64,000 bases of DNA from Hormiphora californensis. Its lineage: Eukaryota > Animalia > Ctenophora. Shown in pieces: positions 1 through 13,827 of this stretch (position 1 is its first letter; each line of letters starts with the position of its first letter). The notes under the pieces are model-generated. The model had not been told where the DNA came from, made no database searches, and worked only from the letters and a program-made list of their open reading frames with translations. Location: the NCBI GenBank assembly GCA_020137815.1, contig CM035359.1, positions 7,874,001 to 7,938,000 of the forward strand, in the 5' to 3' direction. The translations under genes were made by a program, and so were the position numbers.

Positions 1-84
1 TATCACTGCCAATCTCCCCAGTGTCAGCGTCACACTCATACTGAGGATATCCGACCTGAGTGTACCCGTCAGCACACTTGGTAC
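1..84 (-). CDS. Internal exon (runs off window) encoding a Sushi/CCP-like segment
   Basis: Minus-strand acceptor gtcccctaccAG, then TKCADGYTQVGYPQYECDADTGEIGSD. This fits the C..GY...G.....C...G pattern of Sushi domains. Confidence 0.55.
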
Positions 85-754
85 CTGGTAGGGGACAAGG
101 GTATGTAACAAAATCCGGAGTTGGTGGAGTATTACTTCGGTTGACATGAGCATGAATCTCTTGTTGTTTGTTATTACAAGGGGTTGTTTTGGGAACTTCA
201 GAAGTATTGTTAGGCATTCAAGTTAAATTTGCAGAAGTTATGATAGCTTGTATGTAATGCCAATTGGGATTTCCTATCTTTATCAAGCATTATTGCCAAA
301 GCCTGCATGAACTGACTCACAATTCAGTACTCACTACGAGAGAACTTAAAATATAGAAAATACTTTATTATATGTATAGTGTTCCATGAAAGTGTTTCAC
401 AGTCCCTTAGTTAAACCTACCAAGAGGCTCATCTCGTGCTGAGCTCAATCCTTCGGAGCAAAGCTCCGCGAAATTCCTGGAAAAGAATGAAAAGTTTTAG
501 TTTACTATTCTATGTACTTCAAACAAGATTAATTGCATTATGTTTTATGAATTTCCCTGACATGTAAAGCTAGGAAGAAAGGAAATAATTTATAGAAGAA
601 ATCCCTGTGTTTTAGTACTAATAATAGTAGCACTAAATTATGTACCACACCACTACAATCTACATTGCGTGTCACACATTTCCTGAAAATGTGTCAATCA
701 AGTGGTTTATGAAGGAGCAGTTTGTTGTTGTGTGCGTGGCTCTAGTTGCTAAAT

Positions 755-920
755 GTTGCCCCTCGCAACAAAAGTGTGACCAAAAAGGTCCGTCTACCGT
801 AAACCGTTTTAGTTAGTACACCTAAGTGTCATCTTCGAATTCTAACCCTGTTATGCCTTTTTGCAAGGCAAAAAGGCATCCGGATGAATGCCGAAGGTAT
901 TCATCCGGGCAGGGAAAAAA
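755..920 (-). mobile_element. 5' end fragment of a Helentron-associated (HINE/DINE-1-like) element
   Basis: Homologous to 37510-37669. Reverse complement begins TTTTTTCCCTGCCC, followed by two hairpins and a closing CAGGG. Confidence 0.6.
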
Positions 921-2082
921 TCGAAGTGGTCTGAAAGAATTTTGGGCATTAAAGCATAAACATTTTTGGACTGCGTATGCAGTCTAAAAATGTAGATGAG
1001 TTATAGAATCACCATCGGAGCGAAATAGACTTATAGACGCAGTATTATAGCCGCATCATAATTCATAGCCGCATTTGTTCTTTACTGACGCTCTGCAGTG
1101 TGTCTATAACATTTGCGGTTATACTGCTGCTATAATTGCGTCTATACTGCGGCGTCTATAATAAGACGTCTATAATACGTTTCAATACGTCTTATATACC
1201 GTGTGGGATACTTCCTATACCATTGCAATACCTGCAAATCACAAATTTCTGAGAATTAAAACACAATAAACATCCTCACTCACAAATTGATTTCGTCGGC
1301 AGGGAGATCGTAGCAGTAGAGGTTATCCTCGGCCATTAGGTATTGTGACATGATAGTGATATCACTAGAAAATACACACATGGCCGTCGCCATAGACAGG
1401 CATGTTAACAGTACCACTACACTTCTTATCATCATGTTGTTCAGAGAGAGAAGAGGGACCCTGGTACACCTAGAAACAGTAGTAGTTATAATTTAGATAA
1501 GCTTATATTATATTATATACATTATATATCTTATATAGTAAGATAATTAAAAAAAGTTCATAAATATATGGTATCCATATTCTATATTTTTCTATGCTGC
1601 AAGATGTGTAGCGGTCACTGGAGAATACAGAATCGGCAGATTAATCTAGAGTATCCTGATTTATTTTTAATTTGAGAAATTATAATTAAGGCGGCGAGAA
1701 GTAATTATCAAAACTCTTTAAGGGCAGTTTCAAATAACTGATTGCCAATTTACGATTAAAAGTATGCACAATTTAGGCTACTAACTTTTATAGGCTTCAG
1801 ACCGCGTGACAGCTCACACGTAACAACTGTGTCGCTGTAACTAGTATAATGACACACACACAGGAAACAGGGAAACTGCAGTCACAATCACGATAAGCTC
1901 GCTCAACTTGGTCCTCAGGGAAACAAGGGCAACGTGACCAGGGAGGTAGTCACGTGATATATGTCACGTGCGTGATAACAAGTAGTGCCATTGAGAGAAG
2001 ATGAGCATGCAGTGGTGGAGAGATCGCACATGCTTGGAGCAGTTGCCATAACGCTCCAAACACAGTCGTGTTGTAGTGTGTA

Positions 2083-2302
<220 letters not shown>

Positions 2303-3250
2303 AGGAGAGTGATTTAGAGAGAGTTAGAGAGAGCAGTTTTGTGACAAGTCTATTGCGAGATTTCTTAGAACTGGACAGCTGATGGCGATGGTGGCCACAC
2401 AGATCACCAAATTAAGAGGGTGCATAACAAGGGGAGGGGGCCATTGGAGAGGACATGTGTCGTCAATATCACCCTGAGTGCCAAACAAGCAATTGAAACT
2501 GCACTATGTTAAAGTCGAGTAGCAAAACTACTCCCCCGATACTGCTTTGCAGGTACGCTGCTCCTGCAGGCATACAGATACTAATTGTTGAGTAAATACT
2601 ATCTGGTTGAATAACAATTTCAAGATCTAGATCTAAAATAAACCTCCGATATTTTTTAATCCCTACTACCCTCCACCCGCCCCGAACCGCCCCGCCCACC
2701 ACCAATATATACATACTAAACAAAACTGTGGACTGAGAACACATCCTTGCTAGTTCAGCCTTCTAACCTAATCGGACTTAGTTGGTCCTAATCAGACAGA
2801 TAGGTACGTACAATACCCGTCCTGCCACTTATAATGCAATGTAAACCTACCATTTGCCAGACCAATTCAAGATACTATAATACTATAATAATGAAACCCC
2901 AAACACCTAATATGCGGGTGACCTTAAATCCTAAAAACGGAGGCAAAACCTCGTACAATAACCTATGTAAAACGATAATAAACCACACCGCGGTAGCTAT
3001 CAAGCTAATCGAGACTAAAGAATATAAAGCGACATCCCCTCTTGTCGCAGGGGGATAGAGCCACGGAGCCAAAAATCACAGAAAGAAGAATCAAGATTCT
3101 GCGACTCTCGAAGGAGATCCAAGACTCAGGAAAGAAGAACCAAGATCCTGCGACTCTCTCTAAGGAGTTTAGCCTCCCGAACCCGAAGCCACCTATAATG
3201 GAACCTGTCCTGTGGTCAGTTCCTGATGGTGGGGGAGGGGAGGGGGGCTA

Positions 3251-3571
3251 TTCTCCTAGTGCCGGCGAAATCGCTTTGCGATAGTCCCTTGTGGGCTTGC
3301 CGTTGGCAAGCCCAGGCACTCCGTAGATAGATAGATAGATAGATGTTAAAGTCGGATTTTTTGAAACTGTCACCCCCCTGGGTATTTTCAAAATTCGTAA
3401 ATGACCATAAATCCGGTTCCTGACGAGATAGAGACTTGAAATTTGGAGGTTACGAAGATCTTGCTAAGTTCTTCCAAACCTCCAAATTTCAAGTTTCTAT
3501 CTTATCAGGAACCGGAGATATGGCAAATTTTGTTATTTCAGGGGGGTGACAGTTTCAAAAAATCCGACTTT
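3251..3571. mobile_element. Non-autonomous element: hairpin-rich end, (AGAT)n, then a ~225-bp palindrome (3348-3571)
   Basis: Hairpin gggcttgcc-gtt-ggcaagccc. Arms aaagtcggattttttgaaactgtcacccccctg ... caggggggtgacagtttcaaaaaatccgacttt. Confidence 0.6.
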
Positions 3572-3683
3572 ATGTACTATGAGTTGTGTCGCTGTGAACC
3601 GAAGTTCAAACTCTCAATATTTTTCACTGAGCTGGCGAGCGCAAAGGTTACCATCCCCAAGCGCTGCGAGAAACGCAGTTATA

Positions 3684-5162
3684 CACGGTGTCCTGGAAGG
3701 AGGTTTTACCTCGCCTAGAGTAACCCGAGAAGTTACGGAGCCTACCCCACGTATTTTTTGACGTAGAATCCGAAAAACATAAAATTAAAATCCGGTCATG
3801 TGCCGTTTTTGCGTAAAACGGCAAAAACTGTTATTTTTAGCAATTTTCGACTTTTTCCGTATTTCAGAGGTTCTAGTAAATCCCCCTTAAAAGATACGGT
3901 CTTGAGAATTTTCACAAATAAAAAAAATCAATTTGCTACAGATTGGTCTTGGGTTTGTGTGATTTGGTCAAAAACTCTCGTTACTGTGGCCCCTTAAAGA
4001 TGTCTACTCTGCCAACACGTTTTTGGCTCCTGTGGCCACAGTTGTGGATCAAAATAAGAATTAGTATACACCAAAATTTGCGTCTTCTCAAGGCGAACAA
4101 CCTGGTTTTTACGAAATTTGATTTCATGCAGGCGTTCAAAAATTACAGCCGAAAAACTGGTACAGTAGATTTCGGAAATATCCCTACTTCAACAAACCCT
4201 AATCCAGGTAAGATTTCGGGAAAATACACATTTTCGTACATAAAAATGAAGCTCAGACAAATGCCAACGTGATGCAAAAAACGGGAAGTGTCTAACTTTT
4301 TTGTTTAGACGTTATAGCCAAAATAAAAGTGCTTATATTTGCCTTGAAAACACCCTCTAAAAGCCCTGAAAAACAGCAAATCTGTCTAAAATTGCAATAC
4401 GAATAAAATTTCACCTCTGGTGCACCAACCTAGCCCCCTGTGGACAAAATTTGTTTGAAATTGTCAGAATTTGTCTAAAAGTATGGTTTTTAAAGTGTAT
4501 TTTAAAGGCAAATATAAGCACTTTTATTTTGGCTATAACGTCTAAACGAAATAAGTTAGACACTTCCCGTTTTTTGCATCACATTTGTCTGAGCTTCATT
4601 TTCATGTACGACAATGTGTATTTTTCCGAAATCTTACCTGGATTAGGGTTTGTTGAAGTAGGGATATTTCCGAAATCCACTGTACCAGTTTTTCGGCTGT
4701 AATTTTTGAACGCCTGCATGAAATCAAATTTCGTAAAAACCAGGTTGTTTGCCTTGAGAAGACGCGAATTTTGGTGTATACTAATTCTTATTTTGGTCCA
4801 CAACTGTGGCGACAGGAGCCAAAAACGTGTTTGCAGAGTAGACATCTTTAAGGGGCCACAGTAACGAGAGTTTTCGACCAAATCACACAAACCCAAGACC
4901 AATCTGTAGCAAATTGATTATATTTTATTGGTGAAAATTCTCAAGACCGTATCTTTTAAGGGGGATTTCCTAGAACCTCTGAAATACGGAAAAAGTCGAA
5001 AATTGCTAAAAATAACAGTTTTTGCCGTTTTACGCAAAAACGGCACATGACCGGATTTTAATTTTATGTTTTTCGGATTCTACGTCAAAAAATACGTGGG
5101 GTAGGGTCCGTAACTTCTCGGGTTACTCTAGGCGAGGTAAAACCTCCTTCTAGGACACCGTG
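3684..5162. mobile_element. Foldback Tc1/mariner-type non-autonomous element with ~660-bp inverted arms
   Basis: TA|cacggtgtcc ... ggacaccgtg|TA. Arms ~3684-4345 and ~4497-5162 are near-perfect reverse complements, and the ORF track shows mirror-image ORFs. Confidence 0.85.
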
Positions 5163-5199
5163 TATACGTTTTATGGATGTTTTGGCTGAAACCCCAGAT

Positions 5200-5670
5200 T
5201 TCAGAAGGCTATTATAGCGTCGCTCTCTATTATCCGGGCTGAATTCAGTGTGAATCCGATATCAGGGTGCCTCTCCAGTACTGTCCACATACAGTAATCA
5301 TTAATCAAGCACAATAATAAACAGGTGACGTGTGGCGCTAGAATATCCCCTTGCAACACCCCGGACCTGACTACCTGAGCTCTTGTATTACTGTACATCC
5401 ACTGGATGTGGTCGATGATATTCCCTGGGATGCCATATGCCGGCTTATGGCATGAGGACTTTGATCATGCGCTTCCGGTTAATAGAATCGAAGGCGTTAA
5501 CAAAATCCAAGAAGGCTACTGCCAGTGGTAGTTGTTTGGTTATAGTAGCTCCTTCGATGAGTCTTCTAAGCGTGATGATGTGACTGACTGTGGACCGTTC
5601 CTCTCTAAAATCGTTCTAGGAATCGAGCAAAACAGTCTCGATGTAAGGCCCTATCCGGTGAAGATTCATG
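5200..5670 (-). pseudogene. Decayed non-LTR (RTE-like) reverse transcriptase fragment
   Basis: Translates to FREERSTVSHIITLRRLIEG...AFLDFVNAFDSINRK...MYSNTRAQV...GVLQGDILAP, with stops and frameshifts. Confidence 0.8.
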
Positions 5671-5689
5671 GCAATTTCTCATTTGCCGC

Positions 5690-6707
5690 ATACGGCGTCT
5701 AGACGGTGTCTAGACGGTATACCGTCTGGACGGGTTTCGGTGAAATCAGCTAAAAACGGTACCGAAATTGCTTGAGTCGGGTTATAGACGGTATCAGACG
5801 GTCTCTAGACGGGTTATAGACGGTATCAGACGGTGTTGCGACGGTATCAGACGGTCTCTAGACGGTGTCTAGACGGTACCGTCCCGGTGTCTAGACGGTG
5901 TCTGGACGGTGTCTAGACGGTATCCGTCCGAAGTTGAGACTGAAAATTGTACCAGACGTTGAGACGGACTTTTAGAACTCCGTCTGTATTTCAGACGGAG
6001 TTTTAAAAGTACGTCTCAACGCAGTCTAAAGGAAAATCGATGAAAGTACCGTCTAGACAACGTCTCAACTGAAACCGGTCAACATACCATCTAAACAACG
6101 TCTAGACAACGTCTAAACAGAATCTCGCGATTCAGTTTCAAATACCGTCTAGACAACTTCTCCAGCAATTTCGATACGAATACCGTCTAAACAACGTCTA
6201 GACAACGTCTTAAGCGAATTCGATACAGATACGGAGCAATTCTAATTGGTGATGAATGTGTGCCTTTTTGATAATGAAAATGATGTACAGTTGGACCTCG
6301 ATTTATTTGAAGTTGGGTACGAAAATTACCGGGAGGATAACCCCTTTCCCGTCCCCGAGCATCGCGGTACGACTGTGCTGGTTAAACACATATACATGTG
6401 TAATTTTCATTCAATAGGCACACATCTACCACTAATTCCAACTGGCATGGGTAATCCAGAATGGTCTTCGAAAACGGTCGAGTCTAGACATCATAATTAT
6501 TTGAGACGTTGTCTAGACGTTGTTTAGACGGTATTAGTATCGAAATTGATGGAGAAGTTGTCTAGACGGTATTTGAAACTGAATCGCGAGATTCTGTTTA
6601 GACGTTGTCTAGACGTTGTTTAGACGGTATGTTGACCGGTTTCAGTTGAGACGTTGTCTAGACGGTACTTTCATTGATTTTCCTTTAGACTGAAATACAG
6701 ACGGAGA
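5690..6707. mobile_element. DNA element with many GTCTAGACGG/GACGTTGTCTAGAC subrepeats and a ~190-bp internal inverted repeat
   Basis: About 6022-6210 is the reverse complement of about 6503-6692. Boundaries approximate. Confidence 0.7.
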
Positions 6708-6856
6708 GGTCCCACAAGCACCGCACTACCAAACTTGAGTTCCTCATTTGAAACCCCGTCCATTCCTGGACAAATTAATGACGTCAAAAATGAAATTTTC
6801 GTAATTTTGCGACCGGCTCTACTTCATCTACTTCATATACATCATACTATTATTAA

Positions 6857-7370
6857 GGGTACGCCGACCGAAATTTTTTTTCGAGTGCAGGGAAATCTCT
6901 CACCGTAGGGTTGTAGGCCATACCAAGGAGACCTCAAATATGCAATTTTAGCCCTTAAGTCGAATTCATATTTTTGCTACAGCTGTTTAAAAAATGTCCT
7001 GTAAATACGCTTTTGGCATCTCACAAATTTTTTTTAAAGATAGGAGCATGAAAATTTGGAAAATAGGGAAATCCTGTGTAACGTTTTATACCTTACAGTC
7101 CGTCATACACATTTCTATATGGAATTTTGTGCTCGTATTTTCTGTCAGAATCTGTATAACACGCACGTGAATTTGAGCCGCGGCGCGGCGCATCTGCACG
7201 TGCGGGTTTTCAAGAGAGAGTGAGAGACAAACGTACAACGTTAATGTGCGTCTCTCTCTTTAATCTCGCACGTGAATTTGAGCCGCGGCGCGGCGCATCT
7301 GCACGTGCGGTTCTTCCAGATATAAATTCCAAATAGAAATCCCAGATAGAAATTCCAAATAAAAATGTGT
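6857..7370 (+). mobile_element. Left end of a Kolobok-type element, same family as 24211
   Basis: TTAA|gggtacgc start shared with 24211 over ~200 bp. A 42-bp direct repeat lies at ~7165 and ~7268. Right boundary unclear. Confidence 0.55.
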
Positions 7371-7939
7371 ATGACGCCGTGTTATATGGCGTTTAGCACG
7401 TGCAGGTTTAGAGGTGGACTGTGGAGTACTATTGGAGTGGGGCCAGGGGTCGGAGCCGTTGCCAATGGCTGTAGCTACTATACTGCACGTGCACGTGCAT
7501 TTGATCTTGCTTTAGTTTGTGTCACTGCATTGTTCCAGCTAATATGCTCTCTTCAACAACTGTTGATATACGACAGCGACAATTGGAGTTATTCACGCAA
7601 GATCTCACCGCCATTCTCTACTTTTCCATACACCGAGGGCCGAGGGGTTTAAATGCAGCAACACCAAAAGAAGTGCAGAGAGAACGAACAAGACGTTAGA
7701 GGTTAAACAGAACCGATGATCAATCTCAGAGATTAAGGCAGATGAATACTGCAAACAGACGAAATAGTAAGTTCTTTTGTAACTTTGATCGCCTGATCAT
7801 CATCTGACGTTCTGAAACCAGAAACTCGCAGCGATCCCGCCTGAGCTCCTTCTACGGTACCGTAACTTAAGATGGGATAGTGCATGTCATTAGTTAGACT
7901 GATGATGTCAGTGTTCCCTAATCCAGCTACCAATACCAG

Positions 7940-7978
7940 TTCCCCGAAATTCGCCCGTAGGGCGAACGGGTTTACTAG
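7940..7978 (+). mobile_element. Helitron 3' terminus
   Basis: Hairpin ttcgccc-gta-gggcgaa, then cgggtttaCTAG|T. Confidence 0.7.
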
Positions 7979-8029
7979 TGGGTATTAATGTACCAAAACA
8001 ATTATGCAAATTTTAAAACTAATTGAAAT

Positions 8030-8177
8030 TAGTAGGCCGGAAAGGTTGCCCTATTATTTGAGCTACCTTTGGCACCAGTAAATTCGCTTTTGAAGATAGA
8101 CGAAGCATCAGTTAGGTCCGTGGTTGTCAAGGTGGCAAAGGTAGCTCAAATAATAGGGCAATCTTTCCGGTCTACTA
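8030..8177. mobile_element. Palindromic MITE with TAGTAG...CTACTA ends
   Basis: Inverted arms of ~45 bp: tagtaggccggaaaggttgccctattatttgagctacctttg / caaaggtagctcaaataatagggcaatctttccggtctacta. Confidence 0.75.
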
Positions 8178-8520
8178 ATTTAGTTTTGGCATAACAAATT
8201 TAAATGTTATTTGATAAATTGACATAACAGAACGAGCACACTCTGTTAGGGTTCAGAAGAGCAACTCTAAGTAGTACTACTAAGTATACGAATCTGAGAT
8301 GAACTTTTCAATATTCCACCTAGCTCTATTATAGGTATCTATAATAATTAGTAGCAGTTATGGCAGCAATTATACTTGAGAAGCGATCCAGTGCTTTTAC
8401 ATATTATATGGTGTTTATTTCCCTGAAGTGTGGGACTAGAGAAACGATAATATAAGACTGAAGAAACAATTTCAGATCGACATGTACTTGAACAGATGAC
8501 TTAGTGCATGGCACCGTGGG

Positions 8521-8524
<4 letters not shown>

Positions 8525-8585
<61 letters not shown>

Positions 8586-8586
8586 A

Positions 8587-8642
<56 letters not shown>

Positions 8643-8680
8643 CCCTCTCTCTCTCTCTCTCTCTATCCCCCTCTCTCTTT
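8525..8680. repeat. (CT)n microsatellite
   Basis: Direct read. Confidence 0.98.
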
Positions 8681-8996
8681 CTCCTTGTATCAGATCTGGG
8701 GGATCCTAAAACATACACACACTAATTATTAGACTTCTCATGTGAATTCTAATTCTAGCGTACACGACGTATATTACTATATATATATATATCGTATGCT
8801 TAGGCGTTCGTTTTTAGAACGGGTGTGTGTGTAAGAGAGAAAAAGGTGAGTTCAAACAACTGCCAAGCTTTGAGTAATTATTTCCACACTTTATCACACT
8901 GTTTCAGTAAACCGCCCTGTACAATTCATTAGACACAATTTGTATAGTGGTTAAATTTAACACTTAAAAGTAAAACGGATGAAAAAATATACATAA

Positions 8997-9368
8997 CTAG
9001 AAAGCCCGTTGAAGTAGAGCACCTGTTGACCCGCTGCACCAATCCGCACGTGCAACCTTCAATCACCTGCTGTGTAGGGGCTATGGCACCTCCTTGGTAA
9101 CCCACCTCTATTTGCACGTGTGGATAGGACATCGCCACGACGTTCATTTGCATCTTTTAATTAAGACTAGAAAGCCCATTGGAGTAAAGCGAATCCCCAC
9201 GCTCTCCATCCCCCAGGAGCGACCCTCTCACCCGCTGCACCAACCCGCACGTGCAGCCATCAATCACTCGCTGCGTAGGGGCTATGGCACCTCCTTGGCA
9301 ATCCCTTCTATTTGCACGTGTGGATAGGTCATCACCACGCCACGCATTTGCTACTAAAATATTAAAGA
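8997..9368 (-). mobile_element. Head-to-tail dimer of short non-autonomous Helitrons
   Basis: Minus strand reads A|TC...gggctttCTAG|TCttaattaaaag...gggctttCTAG|T. Junction at 9166/9167. Confidence 0.7.
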
Positions 9369-9583
9369 TTTGTTCTATACTGTTTGAGTGATATATAAAT
9401 GATCCGAAATGTCTGTCCCGCCTTCATGTTAGAAATGAAAGGTTGGCGGGGAAACATAGAATTATGAAACATAATGCAGTTAATCTTGTTAAAAAGGGGG
9501 TCGAGCGAGGCAATCTGATATCGGATGTAACTGCAGATTTTAGCATGACACTTTGATCTCATAAAGATTATATAATCGATTAA

Positions 9584-12146
9584 CCCATTAGTGCCCAGAT
9601 ATCGAAATTTTTGAAGAATTTTTCCAATTTTTTGGGAATAGTACCCTAGTAGCACCAATATGGTAAGTTGAAAAGCAGAAGTCTCTATCTTATCGGGAAG
9701 TGCTTAAAACAACCTGTTGCGAAAACGCATCACTGGTACGTCCCATTTTCGCAACACTTTTCAAAGTCGTTTTACAGCTAAAATTCTAATGCAATCATTT
9801 TAAAATTTCACTTAACAGACTTCAATCTATTATGAAAATAATTTGTGATATCTAGTTTTTGTCTCTGGGCAAGTTTAAATTTCGTTGTGTTTTCGCAACA
9901 ACATTCGGAGCCTGTTTACAGCTAAAAATTCGATAATTTTTTTCCAATTAAGTTATTAATGGCTTTCTAGCAATAGTGGAAATAGTTTGTGATAGTCAGA
10001 TTTAAGCTTGGGGCAGCTTAGAGTTTCGTTGCGTTTTCGCAACACCTCATTCAACAGCAAATCTGGCCATCTCGTACAGTGTTTTTGATTTCTATACTAC
10101 TGAGCAGCACCGTAAAGGTCTTACTACGGTATCTACGGGAAATTTGAACGAAATCAGAAAGGTTGCGTTTCCGCAACATGCAAAAATGTCAGCAAATAGT
10201 GCCACCCTCACACCAATATAATTTCATTATGAAATAACGGATAAATTATCACTAAACTTGATTTGAACAGACATTGGGTGAATCATATCGATGTTGGAAG
10301 GTGGGAGATCATGTTGGATTAGAAAAGAAGGTAAATATTTGTAAATGTGACCGAAAATTTATGAAAATATAGTGTTTGTGGGGGTATAGCCACTTTCAAG
10401 ACCAGTGGGCATGTCCTTAGCCATTCTGTGTGTCACATAATCATTATGTATACTCAATGGGTGCTCCCTGGCACTCACTAGGGCATCCTGAGCACTCTCT
10501 AAGTCGTCCCTGGCGCTCCCTGAGTCTTCCCGATGACACCCTGAGTCATTCCTTGAGCTGTCTAAGGTGTTTCCTGAGTCTTCTTGGATGCTTTTGGCTC
10601 ATCAGGCGTCCTCTGAGTTGTCCCAGGTGCTTCCCAGAGACTCCTGAGAGCTCTCCGAGCCGCTCTAGATACTCCCTGAAAAGTCCTGGATACTCCATGA
10701 AACGTACTGGGACCTTCAAGGTGCTCCCTGAGTCGCCCAAGGCGCTTTCAGAGACCTCTCAAATGCTCTTTTAGGCGTCCTGGATGCCCCTTAAGTCGTC
10801 CTGAGACCTCCCAGGTACTCCCTGAGTCGTCCAGTGTACTCCTTGAGTCCTCCCACGCTCCCCTGGGTTGTTTCAGGCGCTCTCTGAGTTGTTGCTGGTG
10901 CTCTCTGAGTCGTCCCAGACGATCACTGGGACCTCCTGGGTGCTCCCTTTACCGTTTTGGATGCTGATTTAGTCGTCCTGGGACATCTCAGGTGCTCCCT
11001 GAGTCGTCCAATTTGCTCGAGGAGTCCTCCCACGCTCACCTGGGTTGTTTCAGGCGTTCCCTTAGTTGTTGCTGGTGGTCTCTGAGTTGTCCCAGACGAT
11101 CACTGGGACCTCCTGGGTGCTCCCTTTACCGTTTTGGATGCTGATTTGGTCGTCCTGGGACATCTCAGGTGCTCCCTGAGTCGTCCACTTTGCTCGAGGA
11201 GTCCTCCCACGCTCACCTGGGTTGTTTCAGGCGTTCCCTTAGTTGTTGCTGGTGGTCTCTGAGTTGTCCCAGACGATCACTGGGACCTCCTGGGTGCTCC
11301 CTTTGCCATTTTGGGTGCTCCCTAAGTCGTGCCGGGTGCCACTAGCCCGTCCCAGATGTCCCATGAGGTCATAGGTAAGACATATCAAACAATAGAATCG
11401 TCAATAACAAGATAAAAATGGCCCAGAGTCATTTATAGTACTAAATTGTTTACTTTATAGATGTTGCGAAAACGCAACGATTGGAAACGGTTCATATACC
11501 CACTTTCAACCAACCAAAGTTGTAAAATCTGTTTGTTTATTAGCATACTGATGTATAATTTCGCTAAATAACCCACTTAATGACTCAGAAACCGGCAGAA
11601 ACAGCCAAAAAGTGTGTTGCGAAAACGCAACGATAATTTTTTTGAGTTGATTTTTTTGCTTTAATCGTTTTAAAAAAATATAAAAAGGCACCAAAAATAG
11701 TTCTATAATTTTTATTCATTTTAAATTGCCCCTTAACATGCTTTGAACTCCTCCAATATATGCCCCGTGCCAGTGTAGCGTTTCCGCAACCCACTTGTTT
11801 GAGGCTCTACAGGGCCAACAGGAAATCCGTTTGAGATCTAGTTTTTTTACAGAAACATCTCTGAACATTTCTCTAACTGATCAGCTATGTGTCATATCGG
11901 TAACTAGTCGAGATATATTACATAAATGCACATTTATGTGCATTAGTCCGAATGCCAGAAATTAGTACTTTTTGATTGATAATTACGGAAATTAGGGTCA
12001 ATTTAGAAAACTTTTTAATGGCTAAAATTTTAGTTCGAACGATTCTCTAGTGATGTGTGGTGGTTACAGCATTTCAAATGCTCATATCTAGCCGCAGTAC
12101 GCCTTCAAACCTGGGTTGCGAAAACGCGTCACAGGTCACTAATGGG
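9584..12146. mobile_element. Non-autonomous piggyBac-type element
   Basis: TTAA|CCCATTAGTG ... CACTAATGGG|TTAA. Repeated subterminal GTTGCGAAAACGC motifs. No transposase ORF. Confidence 0.85.
10805..11340. repeat. 177-bp tandem repeat (~3 copies) inside the piggyBac-type element
   Basis: cactgggacctcctggg recurs at 10924, 11101 and 11278. Confidence 0.9.
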
Positions 12147-13594
12147 TTAATCGATTCTAGATTGTTTCCTTACATATGATTGCACTTAGGAAAGAATAGC
12201 AGTGGGAGAGGCAAGGTTAAAGGAATTGTCAGGTATAATGTAGGTTTGGCACTGCTCTTACTTGATTTACTTGATTTGTTCATAAAGCATCTTGGTAGGA
12301 CAAAATGCAAATCAGGGACTGTGAATGAAATAGCGGGAATGAGAGGGGTGTCAATAAAGTGGCAAGGTTGAGTGTCGGGCTGAACGTAAGTTTCCCACTT
12401 GCACGTGCACAATGCATAGAAATATTAGAAATATATCGTACTGAAAGAATTCAGCCATTGATACAGTAAACTGTGTGCCTATAAGTACGTACCTAAATTC
12501 ATAATCCCATTGAACTGCTCTCTCCTCCCATAAAATAGCATTTCTCTTTGTTGGCATAATGTCAATTTGATATTGAAGTAAATTTGTTTCGCTTTGTTTT
12601 CCGGTTCTCGGGTTCCCGATAGAGCACTGTTAATGGAATATGATATATTCCTGTATTGGCATAATGTCTATAGCTATCTCCCCAACTTGGTGAGACACGT
12701 GCGAGATGTCTCCCACCTTATCATGATGTGAACGACCCAAAAGGTGAAGATCCAGAGGAAGTAGGTTCCAGGGACGATGCAGTACGGTTTCTTTATCATT
12801 ATCAACCTTTAGTAGATCATGAAACTCATCAGAAGCAATGATAACCTGGAGGAATAGGGTTAGTCCGGGGAAAGATTTTTGGTTTTGACTTTTGTTATGT
12901 ACATACAACCAATTTTTTCCCTGTTCGTGTGGATGAACGCTTTAGTATGCAGTATCCATGTGTTAATTTTTGTTAAAATTGTCCCCTCCATTACTGAGAT
13001 ATTTTTGTTACATTGTGAGAATGACGTCACCATATATCAGCCAAAAATTGATTTTTGAGCACAAAATTGATCAGGAAACCCAGTTTTGAAGTTTGGTCAT
13101 TAGTTTTACATCCGAATCAATACGTTTTACATCCCTTTGTGTCAGGCAAACCAAGCTTTATGTACGCAAATAATTCTTGTTATTTATACACGCACAACAA
13201 TTTTCTGAAGTTTTTACTTTCAGTTTTTTCTGCTCCAACCTGCACCTAGGCCCATTCGAGATTTGTTTCTTGTAGATTTAATGTCTAGAAATCTTCTAGA
13301 TGCATGTGATGACAGACGGAGCTCAGTTCAGAAGCTTGCAAAGAGATTTAATTTAAATTGATATGTTACCAGTCCCATACGAGCTATAAGCTATGATCTC
13401 TCTTATCTCTCTCCCTCACTTTCTCTCTCTATCCCTCTCTCTCTCACTCTCTTTCTCTTAGTTGAATAAAAATTAAGCTTGTTCTTGACAATAGCAAGTA
13501 ACAATTGGAGAAAGCAGGCAGAGAAAACTGAGTTTGCGCCACGGTGATTATAATAAAAGCTCCTACAGCAACATTCTGTCGCTGTCTCAGCAAT

Positions 13595-13825
13595 TAGTAG
13601 AGTCGATAACTACATCGACCCCTCCCAATTGTTTCAGTTTTTGTTACATCTGTTTGGAGCCTCGACTCGACCTCTAAACAGGTGTTACTTTTTCACAAAC
13701 TGTTTTCATCATGGTGTAATCAGCATTTGAAATGTTGCTGATCATAACAAAAACCGAACTATTTTTTTTAACTTGGGGTAAAACCATGGATGGCAAAAGT
13801 TAGCTCTAGGTCTCCTGAGTAACCA
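13595..13825. mobile_element. Single arm of the TAGTAGAGTCG palindromic element (full copy at 28576)
   Basis: Near-identical to 28576-28808. Confidence 0.8.
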
Positions 13826-13827
13826 AT

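Noticed and set aside
2834-3284. Short ORFs as a possible retroelement gag or host exon
   Set aside because: No diagnostic motif or convincing splice sites.
3943-4902. Pair of near-identical ~108-aa ORFs on opposite strands
   Set aside because: A consequence of the foldback arms, with no ATG start and no recognisable domain.
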